A stretch of DNA of 64,000 nucleotides from positions 6,874,580-6,938,579 of the forward strand of contig CAJINV010000005.1 of assembly GCA_905178155.1 (NCBI GenBank). The letters are read 5' to 3'. Below are positions 1 through 10,800 of this stretch, one piece after another. This DNA is from Amoebophrya sp. A120 (Eukaryota; Protista; Dinoflagellata). The position numbers and the translations under genes were made by a program. The notes beneath the pieces were generated by a model that was not told the DNA's origin, made no database searches, and worked only from the letters and a program-made list of their open reading frames with translations. The stretch's first letter is position 1; the number at the start of each line of letters is the position of its first letter.

Positions 1-3000
1 CAGAAGGATTTTATGGATCAAATCATGCAATTCGTCCTGAAGTTTGCGAGCTACGTGCTGGGGAAAAACATTACCAGCTTTTCGGACATCTTGGCCAGTC
101 TGGTGGATGTGATATTACAATGAAAAATGCCTTTGCCTCCACCCCAGACCTCGGCAGCATTTGCATTGCCAATCTTTCCATTGGAAACATTTCCCGTCTT
201 TCATATATCAGCATCACAAATTTTGTTCCATGCTGAATAGCTCAAATTTGTGTTGCAAAGGAGCCCAATAGCAGCCGGATCTGTTATGCAGAAGACACCT
301 TGCCGCGTACCTAGATCCTGTATCAGAAAGGCTTGCAGTGCTTGATGCAAGACAAAAAGCTTTCATGATTCGGAAACTTTGCATGAGAAACTTTTGTAAA
401 TTCCGGGGTGGGGGCATTTTTCATTGTAATATGTGAAGGCCATCATCCACAACATCCAGAAGGCCGTCCTGTCGCTGCTCGGAAGCCTCGGCGAGAAGTT
501 TATCAAACCTTTGATCAGCGTGTTTTCCCGGACCTTTTTCCAGGTGATCTACGACCCGTTGGTGTCCACCTCTTCCCAGTTTCTCGGTGACACCATTTCC
601 GGCCTGATCGGCGCGGGGTCGCCCGTGTCTTTCGTCGGAGGCATGATCGGCCCGACCATCCAAATGACCTTGCTGCAAGTCGGAACCACCTTACAAGGCA
701 TCGTGTTGCCCTTGTTCAAAAAAGCGCTCGAGGCGATTCTCCCGTCGGCACTGACGAAGTTGTTCAAAGGCGTCACCGAATCCATCGCGGATGGGAACAC
801 GGAGGATGTTTTGAAGGGCGTTCTTGAGGTGGGGAGTAATGGGGATGTTGCGGAGGTCGCTGCAGAGGAGGACGGGGATGAAGATAGAAGTACTTCTTCG
901 ACCAGTAGTTTCGTTCAGAAAAACAAAAAAGCGCTTGCAACTTCTTCGATGAAGAAAACCTCGTCAACCAAAGCGTCCAGCAGAAACAAAAAGAAAGCGT
1001 CTAAAAACAAACAAACAACGAGGAAGCAAAAGAAGTGGTTCAGCAGTCTTCGCAAGACGCTTACGAGCGCAAAGGACAGGCTCTTCGGGGGCGGCGGGGG
1101 TGAGAGGACCACGACGACGACGTCGACCACGAAGTCGAGGACCACGACGACGACTACAAAGTCGACGACCACGACAACACCAAAGCCAACCACGACTACA
1201 ACGAGAAAGCCAACGACGGCGGCGCCGGCACATGACCACGAGCACGACGTGTATGAGGATGCGTTGGATCACGATGATATCGTTGGTGAAGAAGATGACG
1301 ACGACGACAGTGTAGTTGAGCGACCGGAACGGGAACAAGAACAAGTTGAGGACGATGAAGGTGAGGATGACTTGTACGAGGATGCAGTTGAGAGTGATGA
1401 TGTTGACATATGAATTGCAAAAGTATCGTACTAGTATAAATGGCATTACAAATTTGCTCAGCATGAAAGCTAGAACTTGTCATGCTGTTTTACTTTAAGA
1501 ACAAAACTTGTCCTGCATAGTTGCAATTACTACGAGTACGATACTTTTGCACAGGATATGACAAGGATGATGACTACGAGGACGCCATGGAAGATGATGC
1601 TGGTGAAGAGGAAGATCAGTCTATGCAAGAAAAAAACTGTGTAAGTGTAAATCTGTGATGCAGAAAATGCAAAACAGTTACACTTGTCATGCTGGAGATG
1701 CGTCATAGGCTACTATCATGCGTGTTTCCACTTACTAGCTGCGCATGACAGGTTTTCCCTGTAATGCAAAATGCTTTTCCTACAAAGTTACACTTAAAAA
1801 GTTTTTCTCCTGGATACAGTCAGCCACCATCCTGGAGAAGATCAACGGGATCACGAAAAAAGTGAAACGGGACCTGGAAACCGTATGGATTGTATAAAAT
1901 GTCTGGGTCTTCTTGGAAGTTGCGAGATTTGTCATGCTTGTCTGGCATGACCAAAAAGTTTGTGATGCGTGTCCAAGAAGAGACACTTTTGCTTGTCATG
2001 CAAAACGCATTTTGTCATGCGGAAAGCGCAACACTAAGTAGCGCAAATATTTCTCATGCTTGACTGTGCATTACAGAGAATTCACTATTCACAACTCAGC
2101 ATTACAAGTTATTTCGAGACCCAGACATAGTTGCATTCGATAAACCGTGAAGAAAAACCAAATCTCCAACGACGACGAAGTGGAGCCCGGGAGTGGGGTG
2201 GTGGATGGGGAAGATGAAATGGCGAGGGACATGGCAAAACGAATTGACAAGGCTGTGGTGGTGGTTCATAAAACTAAAACCTCAAGCGAGGAGGTGCGCG
2301 GAGTTGTGGACGATCAGGATGATGATGAAGATCAAGACGACACATTCTCTTCCACCTCCTTATGGAGTTCTCAAATGTTACATTCTCAACTGTTACATGA
2401 TTTGTCATGCAAAATGACCATGACCCGCCAGACGATCAAGCTGCTTCGCATGACAATTTCTCGGAAGGCTAAGTAGCACTGTAATCCGGATCAAACCTGT
2501 AATGCAAGACGCGCAAGGTTCTCCCTCTCACCTGTGCTAGTCTTGCATTACAAATTCATGTAACAGTTGAGAATGTAACGTTTGAGAACGCCATACTCCT
2601 CTTTCACCGAGTTTCACTTCCACCTGAACCAAAAACACCAGTTCAAACTGTCCCTCCTGCACGAAAAAGTCCTCGAAAAGCGGCAGAAATCAGATTCCTA
2701 CAGCGCGATGAGTGATTTCATGATCTCCGGGATGAAAACCGCTTTCAGCTACATCCGAACCAATTACCTTCCGAAGTGCCCGGAGGGAAATCAAGCGAGT
2801 GAGACCCAGATGGCGCAGGCGATTGACTCGTCTTCGCAGTTGGTGGAAAGCCTCCCGTTCTGGTCGACGTTTCAGCAGTATTTGAAATCGGTCAGTGAAG
2901 TGCAGCTGCGGGGATTGGTGAGGTCTACGGTTGAAATATCAAATGTAAAAATGTCTGGGTCTGGAAGAGTGCATGTTTGTCATGCTTGTCTGGCATAACT

Positions 3001-6000
3001 CTCAAATCTGTCATGCACGTTACCCAAGAGCGCCACTTTTCTGTCATGCAGACACGCAGTTTGTCATGCAGAATAGGCAACACCTAGAAGCTCAGAAACT
3101 TGTCATACTGAGCCAGCACTTGTGGCCTCCTCACGATACGCCACCCAGCATCACAAGTTTCCAGACCCAGACATTTTTGCACTTGATATGAAAAGGTGAT
3201 TGACGTGATTGGCAGTGGGCTGTTTGAAACGGTCATCCCTTTTTTGGTTTCGCTACCAGTCTATCAACTGCAAATATGTCTGGGTCTGGAACGATGCAGC
3301 TTGTGATGCTAAATTTGGATCATGGAAAAATTTGTGTTGCATGATTACCAAAAGCTGTCCAGTTTTGACCAAGTTAGGCGGGAGTTTCTCATGCAGGGTA
3401 GGCATGATACAGATCTCACAGGAGAATCTGTCATGCTAGATCCTGCATTCCAGACCTCATGTGTCATGTTGGACCTGCATGAGAAGTCTAGTCTTGCACT
3501 CTTCTAGACCCAGACATATTTGCATTTGATACAATCGTTGGAAACGCGATTTCCTCGATCAAGCCGGGGATTCGTGTACCCTATGTAAAAACGCCCCCAT
3601 CCCATAGTCAAGTTGGTAAATCTGCAACAGAAATCTCCAGGCTTTGGGAGTTGTGCATGACAAGTTCCCATCTGCAGTGTAATACGGGAGGCCGCATGAG
3701 AGAGCCATTTTCTGATCCTGTCTACAGCATTGCAAATGTTAGGACACGATTGCAAGTACGTTTCATGGAGATGCGCATTACAAATGTTCCTGTCATTGCG
3801 CATTTGCATAACAGCTCTTGGGTGGGGACGTTTTTACATAGGATACCGTGCGGCGTTTAATTACGTCGCGGAGAAGATTTTGGAGCAGGCCGAGAGAATC
3901 GAGGACTGGCTGGCGGGATTCGGGGAAGACCTAGGGGAGAAGTTGGTGAACATGTTCCTCGAGCGGGTTCCGTGTCTGAACCTCGTGGATTATCAAATGT
4001 GATTTATCTCTGGGTCTGGCAGAAGGCTAATGTTTGTGATGCACCACATTTATTTCCATGGCCCACGGCCACGCCCAGCCGCAGCCCCATAAGTAGCTCT
4101 GTGATGCAGGTCCTAGGAGGTGATGCTTTCGCTTTGCTGTGCCTGTTCTGCGTGAGAAATTTTGTTTCAGTGCGGCCAAAAATACACAGCGTTAGTTACT
4201 CACGCAAGACAAATTTTTGTGTTGTCGAGAGGACGCATCACAGACTTGCACTCTACTTCCAGACCCAGGCATACTCGCAATGCATATGGATCAGATGGAG
4301 GAGTGGATCTTGGGTCAGGCGGAAATGGACGACATGACCGAGGCGGCGCTGACGAAGGAGAAGGAGGATGCAGAGGAGGATGATGCAAATCTTGACGACA
4401 GCGCTCCTGCGGGTAGCACAACTACAGCAGAGGAATATGATGACTATGATGACGATACAACGGACGATGATCACGACAACGTCTTTGTAGCTGAAGAAGA
4501 AGATGATGACGACGAGGACCAAAACTTCTCTACTTCCGGCTTTGTTCAAAAGCGGATGCAAATGGACCGGTTTTTGCGCGGTATCCAAGACGACGTGGTA
4601 GGTGGACACCAAAAGCAAGGAGAAGAACACTTCGACGATGAGACCGGCCCTAACGACGACGACGACGAAGCGTTTGCGAAGGACATCGTGTCGGTCAAGT
4701 TGCTGCGTCGCTTGAATGTGCATGCTGGAACAACTAATGTTGCTGACCTGCAAGAACACGACTACAACCTCGATGTTGGCTTTATTTCCACCAACAACCT
4801 GACCCTGCTCGAGACGTCGTCAAGGTCGTACACCGCAGCACTCGTCACTGAAACAAGCAAATTCCAGATGAAACAGAAGATGAATCTGGACACGTTTTTC
4901 GCCAAGTTCAACGAGGTGAAAGAGCACATCGTCAGTGAAATCGGGAGCAAACTACCGGAATTCGTTGACAAAGTGTCGGAACTTGTGCAAAGCACCTTCC
5001 AGGCCCCGTTGAAGACCCTACTGAGCAACAACATTCTCGCCAGTATGATTGCGATGCTCGGGAAGGGCTTTTGCCGGATCGTGGTGATGGCGTTTCAAGC
5101 GGCCATGCCCTTTGTCAGCACCGCTGCCACCACCGCGGGGAACACGATGCTTGGGGAAGCCAACATGAAGATGATTACGAGCGCTGCGTCCACGGTGATG
5201 CCGTGGCTGATCTCGAATTTCCTGTACGAGGCAACCCCGATTCACAACGCGTTGAAAATATGCATTGCAAATATGTCTGGGTCTGGAAGAGTGCAACTTG
5301 TGATGCTGCATTTGGATGCTGAAAAAAATCTGTATTGCATGAGGAGCAAGAGGAGTCAAATTTGGCTACGGGGAGAGGGCATCTGTCATGCGGGATGCGC
5401 ATCGATAAGCGCTGAAAAAACCTGTGATGCGAGAGCATACATCACAGACATCATGGATCATGGAAAATGTGCATAACAAACAGACATATTTGCATTCGAT
5501 AGAAAATGCTCGTTGACAAGCTGCTCGCGGACGAAACGATCAAGGGCATTTTTGACGCGGTCGCCGAAGTATGAGAGTGCACAACTCCCCCTCCCCCTGA
5601 TTCGTATTGCATGAGCAGCAATAGAAACACCAGCGCACATGGAGCCTGCTGCGCATGACAAGCTCATGCGCGTCATGTAGTACTGTTTAGGCTTTTAGAA
5701 TCTGTCATGCATAATAGTAACGCAAGGGAGCACTTGGATACTCATGGGATTTTGCATGAGAAATGAAAACGAGGGGGAGTTGTGCACTGTTATACGAAGT
5801 GATGGAGAAGCTGAAGGGCATTGGCGCGTTTTCCCTGTTTACCGACGCGTTAGAACAGGCTTGGAACTCGATTAAGTCGAAGTTGACCGGGGCAGATTTG
5901 CCGAGCGAAGAGGTGACAAATGAGGTCGAGAAGGAACACGAAAATGCGCTGAGTGCCCTGATATGAAGTGCAAAAGTATCGTACTGGTAGAAGCAAAGCG

Positions 6001-6756
6001 CATGACAAATTTTCTGAGCGTGAGAAATGAGCTTGGTAATGCGGATTTACCTCAAGGAGGAGATCGAGATTCAGATTTGCATTTGTAATGCATGACTTCG
6101 ATTATTAAGTACTAGCACTAGGAGTGCGATACTTTTGCCATGCATACCTGACCTTCACCAAAGAAGACCTAATCGAGGAGGAGCTCGCGACCGAGTGCCC
6201 CAGCGGCTACGAGCCGCTGGCGGATTCCGACGAGTGCGTTATCAAATGCAAAGAAATATGTCTTGGTCTGGAAATTTGTGATGCTGGGTGGCGTATCATG
6301 AGGAGGCCACAAGTGGGCTGGCCCAGCATGACAAGTTTCTGAGCTTCTTTGGTGTTGCCTATTCTGCATGGCAAACTGCGTCTCTGCATGACAGAAGAGT
6401 GGGGCTCTTGGGTAACGAGCATGACAGATTTCAGAGTCATGCCAGACAAGCATGACAAACTTGCATTCTTCCAGACCCAGACATATTTGCATTTGATATG
6501 CGTGGCGGCGATGCGACTGCTCTACCCCCCGGATCTGACGCTCGCGGAGTCGGAGCGCAAACCGTGGAACCAAGTGGGTTTGAGCAAAGCGGAGAAAATT
6601 GCCGTCATCAGCGAGAGGAACGTACCTCTCGGGTGCTTGAAAAAGTGGGACATGGTGAAGCGTGAGTACACGCTGGAATACAATCGAGAGGAGGAGGATG
6701 ACGTTGCCGCGGGAAGGCATTTGCAGAAAGTGAATCTGATTTGTGTTAAGGTTTAA
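1..6756 (+). CDS. Large multi-exon hypothetical protein with Asp/Glu- and Thr-rich tracts; 5' end lies upstream of the window
   Basis: ORFs 433-1413, 2147-2476, 2582-2998, 4217-5476 and smaller exons appear to join once 13 introners plus one copy of each 5-bp repeat are removed (not every junction was translated). No recognisable domain; a small Cys motif ECPSGYEPLADSDECV lies near the C-terminus. Confidence 0.7.
113..431. mobile_element. Introner (TATTACAATGAAAAATGC family)
   Basis: TIR tattacaatgaaaaatgc...gcatttttcattgtaata, direct repeat TGTGA; sister copy at 12040-12347. Confidence 0.9.
1409..1558. mobile_element. Introner (TGCAAAAGTATCGTACT family)
   Basis: TIR tgcaaaagtatcgtact...agtacgatacttttgca, direct repeat TGACA. 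Confidence 0.9.
1622..1816. mobile_element. Introner (AGAAAAAAACTGTG family)
   Basis: TAT...ATA ends, imperfect TIR, direct repeat CAGTC; related copies at 9816, 28824 and 38357. Confidence 0.85.
1884..2142. mobile_element. Introner (ATGTCTGGGTCT family)
   Basis: atgtctgggtct...agacccagacat, direct repeat AACCG. Confidence 0.9.
2361..2595. mobile_element. Introner with long (~40 bp) TIR
   Basis: tatggagttctcaaatgttacattctcaactgttacatga...tcatgtaacagttgagaatgtaacgtttgagaacgccata, direct repeat CTCCT; sister at 14859-15110. Confidence 0.9.
2937..3188 (+). mobile_element. Introner (ATGTCTGGGTCTGGAA family, subtype 1)
   Basis: Direct repeat TGAAA; similar copies at 23233 and 26568, reverse-complement copies at 6240, 21093 and 31423. 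Confidence 0.92.
3262..3531 (+). mobile_element. Introner (ATGTCTGGGTCTGGAA family, subtype 2)
   Basis: Direct repeat CAGTC/CAATC; similar copies at 11027, 12716 and 13424, reverse copies at 20504 and 29703. Confidence 0.9.
3577..3845. mobile_element. Introner (GTAAAAACGYCCCCA family)
   Basis: cctatgtaaaaacg...cgtttttacatagg, direct repeat TCGTG/CCGTG; relatives at 39120 and 39443. Confidence 0.85.
3991..4286. mobile_element. Introner
   Basis: TAT...ATA ends, ctgggtctgg...ccagacccag, direct repeat TGGAT. Confidence 0.85.
5259..5501. mobile_element. Introner
   Basis: tgcaaatatgtctg...cagacatatttgca, direct repeat GAAAA. Confidence 0.85.
5570..5794. mobile_element. Introner (AGTGCACAACTCCCC family)
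   Basis: agtgcacaactccccctc...gagggggagttgtgcact, direct repeat CGAAG; relatives at 8173, 37532 and 63700. Confidence 0.9.
5962..6146. mobile_element. Introner (CAAAAGTATCG family)
   Basis: TIR plus direct repeat CCTGA. Confidence 0.85.
6240..6498 (-). mobile_element. Introner, reverse-orientation copy of 2937-3188
   Basis: Internal sequence is the reverse complement of 2937-3188; direct repeat TGCGT. Confidence 0.9.
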
Positions 6757-7848
6757 AGATCATCATGACGTTCGCGATTAAGAAGCATTATTTTCTTTCA
6801 CTCAAGAACGAGAACTACATTGTACATTCACATTCAAGAAGTGGGGTCTGTTTCCTAGTTTTCAGAAATTTTATTGCATCCGTTGTTTTGAGTTTATCCT
6901 TATTTTTTGTAAAAGATTGAGATGTACAATTATCAGTATCAACATAAAGTTATTTGCGTTTCGCTTTCGGATTTTTGATCAATTTGCACAGCTTGCTATT
7001 TAAGTACATGATTTTCAGTTTCAACACTATACCACATTTTTGTTCATTCATCACTTTCCCTTATTTTCGAGGCTTTCCTTTTTAGCAAGAATTACACCAC
7101 ATCTTCATTTTCAAAATTTTTTGTTGTAACAGTTGCAGTTGGGTTTTCTTTCTTCTCTTTCTTTTTTATATCGCACAACGTACTTTCGCTTTATTTCAGA
7201 CAAGCTTTTTTGGGAAACAATTGTACGTATCAACTTTCACATAAAACATTTTAGCACGAAGAAGCGACGTAGCCGCGAGCCCATCGCTGGTTCTTCGTGA
7301 GTGCCGCCGTCACGGAGGCCGCGCCAGCAGTTTTTGTTGAAACGAGAAGAATAGAGAGAAGCAATTCTCTTTGCACAGCATCTATCATGCGAGCGGATTG
7401 GCATTGTGATTTTCATTTTGGTTTTGCTAGATCTTCCTACAACTTGAGAGGATTTTTATCGAACGGAGCGCTTGCATTAAGTACTCAGTAAGATGAGCTG
7501 CTTTTGACGAGAGATGAATTGAGGCACAACTACTCCCACATGGAGTGGGTCACTTAGCCGGGCGACGTTAATGTCATGAGAGAGGCATGCGCATCCAGAT
7601 TCATCTCATGCCGAATCAAAAATAGAACTACACCATGTAGGCGCCGACCGGATGAACAACAGCTTCTACACGACGTAGAAGCTACAACGACGGAGGATCC
7701 CGCGGAGCAGGAGCATAGTGCCCCAAGAATACTAGAAGAGCGGGACTAGTAGAACCACTTTCCTGCTGAACGAGACGAGGACAACGAACCACAACCACAA
7801 CCACGACGAAGGCCTTCTCTACTTCCGCCGTGGTACTTACGACCAAAA

Positions 7849-10800
7849 ATGTCTGCGGCTGCGGAAAACGTGCAAGTGGTGGTCCGGCTCCGGCCGGACG
7901 AAGAAAATTACGCCGACGGCTACGACTTATGCATTGCAAAAGTATTAACGTACGAAGTGGAACTTGCATGCCAAATTTTCTTTACCATAAAAATCCAAAG
8001 CTGGTGCCCTGCAACACTGCCATTTCATCCACCTGGAGGTAAGGTTACTTTTGCACAGCATACGACCCCAGCATCTACCACTTCGAGATCGACAAACCGC
8101 ATGTGTTGACCATCAGAGATCCCCTCTCCAAAGGCAGATCGGACCACACGTTTGTGTACAGCAAAATCCTCCTATGAAAGTGCACAACTCCCCTTCCCCC
8201 TCATTTGTCATGCGAAATTCCAAATCCACCCTTCGCCTGTTAGCACTGTTTGCATGACAGACTCAAAATCCAAAACAGGAGCACTACAATCCTCTAGAAA
8301 TTTGTCATGCAAGAGCTGCATCTTTGGTAGCGCTTGTGTTGCTGTTCATGCAACACAAATGAGGGGGAGGGGGTGTTGTGCACTCTGATACCCCCTCCCC
8401 GATGACAAACAGGAGAAAACTTTCACCGAAATCGCGAAGCTATGGATTGCAAATATCGATCTGGGTCTGGAAGAGCCAAAGAACTTGTGATGCTGCATTT
8501 GGATGCTAAAAAGATCTGTATTGCATGAGCAGCAAGAAGAGTCAAATTTGGCTACGCGGAGAGGGCACTTGTCATGCAAGACGTCGCGCATCGCGCTCAA
8601 AAAATCTGTGATGTTATTGCATACGTCAGAGAAATCACGGATCATGGAAAACGTGCATGACAAACTTCTCCTCTTCCAGACCCAGACATTTTTACATTTG
8701 AAAGAAGCCGCTGGTAAACCACACGATGCTGGGGTTCAACTCGTGTTGTTTCGCCTACGGGCAAACGGGCAGTGGGAAAACCTACTCCATTTTTGGCGAG
8801 GGCAACAACGAAGCGCGGGGGATTTTACCTAGGGCGGTGGAATATTTGTTTGAAAGGATAGAGGAGAACTCCGGCCGCAAGGAGATCGGCATGGTGTGCT
8901 CGTTTTTGGAAGTGTATCTGGACCAGATCCGCGATTTGGGACGAGCGTATTTGGCGGATAGACACAAACAAGGGAAGGACATCGTGGAAGGCGGGGGCGG
9001 TTCGAGTAGCTCCACTGCGAATGCAGGGTTCGGGGGAGGGAGTATACGGACGGGGGGAGCGAGTAGAGATTCTTTAATTGATGTGTCTCCTGTCATGCTC
9101 ATGCACGATGCGGATGCTGCATGTATCAAAGTGGTTTGTCATGCGGAATAAGTCACAAGACCAACCACGAAAAAATCAAAATCAGGTCGCCGCCCCACCA
9201 GCGCCTCCAGCACGCGTGGCACCACCGTCCAGCGAGCGAACTCCAACTCCCGCCCGAGTTCTGCCCACGGCGCGGGAGGCGGCGGAACAATACCCGACCC
9301 CTTCGGGATAGCAAACATAGGGAACAACCCGGGGGCCTTGTTGCAGAACTGGCACCAACAGGACTTAGAGATACACGAGACGCCGGAGGGACAGGTGTTT
9401 GTCAAAGATCTAACACTCGTCCCGGTCCGGACGATACAGGAAGTCATAGACGTGGTCAACTTAGGCCTGCAACTACGGGAGACCCACGGGACGAGCATGA
9501 ACGCGGTCAGTAGCCGAAGTCACACGGTGAGCAGGGAGATGTGATTTGTGTTGCTAAGATTGCATATGCGTTGAAGTTTGTGATGCATAGTTTCGTTCAC
9601 ATGCTCCAAAAAATAAAACTACCTCTTTTTATCAGGTTTTCACCATCAACGTTGTCCAGAAAGAGCGCCGCGCGGCCGATTCCGACGTGATATCGGGCAT
9701 GATAAACCTCGTTGACCTCGCCGGGTCAGAGAGAATAGCGCGGTCAAAGTCTGAGGGCAGTAGGTTTCAGGAAGCCGTGATGATAAACTCCTCTCTATCC
9801 GCACTCGGGAGGGTGTATCGCAAGAAAAACGTGTTACAGTTACACATTGTGTTGCAGGCCAAGCAAGACAGACAAGCTCTGTCATGCCGGATATGCATAG
9901 GATCCTCGTTTCGTAGTTGTTTTCCCGTAGGATTTCTGCATCACAAGTTTTCTCTCTCATGTAGAGAAATTTGTGTTGCTGAATTCACTACAAATGTGTA
10001 ACTATAACACTTTTTTTCGTGGGATAGGGTGGTGCTAGCGCTGAGTACAGATCCGAAGGAGGCAAAGTACTTTGTGTTTTTATATGATATATAATAGCGC
10101 GTTATATAACACAGATGTGAGATGACACAGATGCCACAGATGACACAGATGACGAACATTAGAAGCGCAAAGCAGTTGCAATCTTGGCGGCATCTGTGCA
10201 CAGATGACGAACATCGCGCACACCGAAATAGAAACCGCGGACGCCCTACGTCGCCCATTTGCATTGATGGCGCAAAAGATGGAGGGGGGGGCGTGAGCAA
10301 CTCGGCGAAGCCGTTTTTCAAATTCGCCCAAAGGAAGCTGAAGCGCTAGCGGGGTCTGCTAGTAAAGGCACCGCGGCCAAAATCTGCATTGCCTCGGGGC
10401 GAGCGCCTGCGTTTGCGCTTCGTCCCAAATCTTTTCGAGATTGTGCTCGGACTAAGCACCCAGCAGGGAAGCATGCTTACGCTTTAACGGACAGCTCCAC
10501 CCTGGCACGGGGCTGGCGCTCTTATTCGTAGCGTAAGCTCTTCTTCTGTGGCCAGATGGTCAGTAGTCGTGACACCATCGAGAAGTGTGCCGCGGCATTG
10601 CGCCGCTATGGTTGCCGTCAGCACAGTGCTCCTTGCGGGAGATGGGGGTCACGGCATCTGTGCCTTTTGTGTCGCCAATTTTGCATGAACCCAAAAAGCC
10701 GGCATCTGTGTCATCCGGGCATCTGTGTCCGTGGCATCTGTGTGGGACCACCCTTATATAACACGCTAATATAAGATTTCGATTTGGTGTGCGCGTGCAG

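Noticed and set aside
2973-3507. Recurrent short ORFs with CKYVWVWK / FQTQTFLHL peptides throughout the window
   Set aside because: These are translations of introner TIRs, not a protein family.
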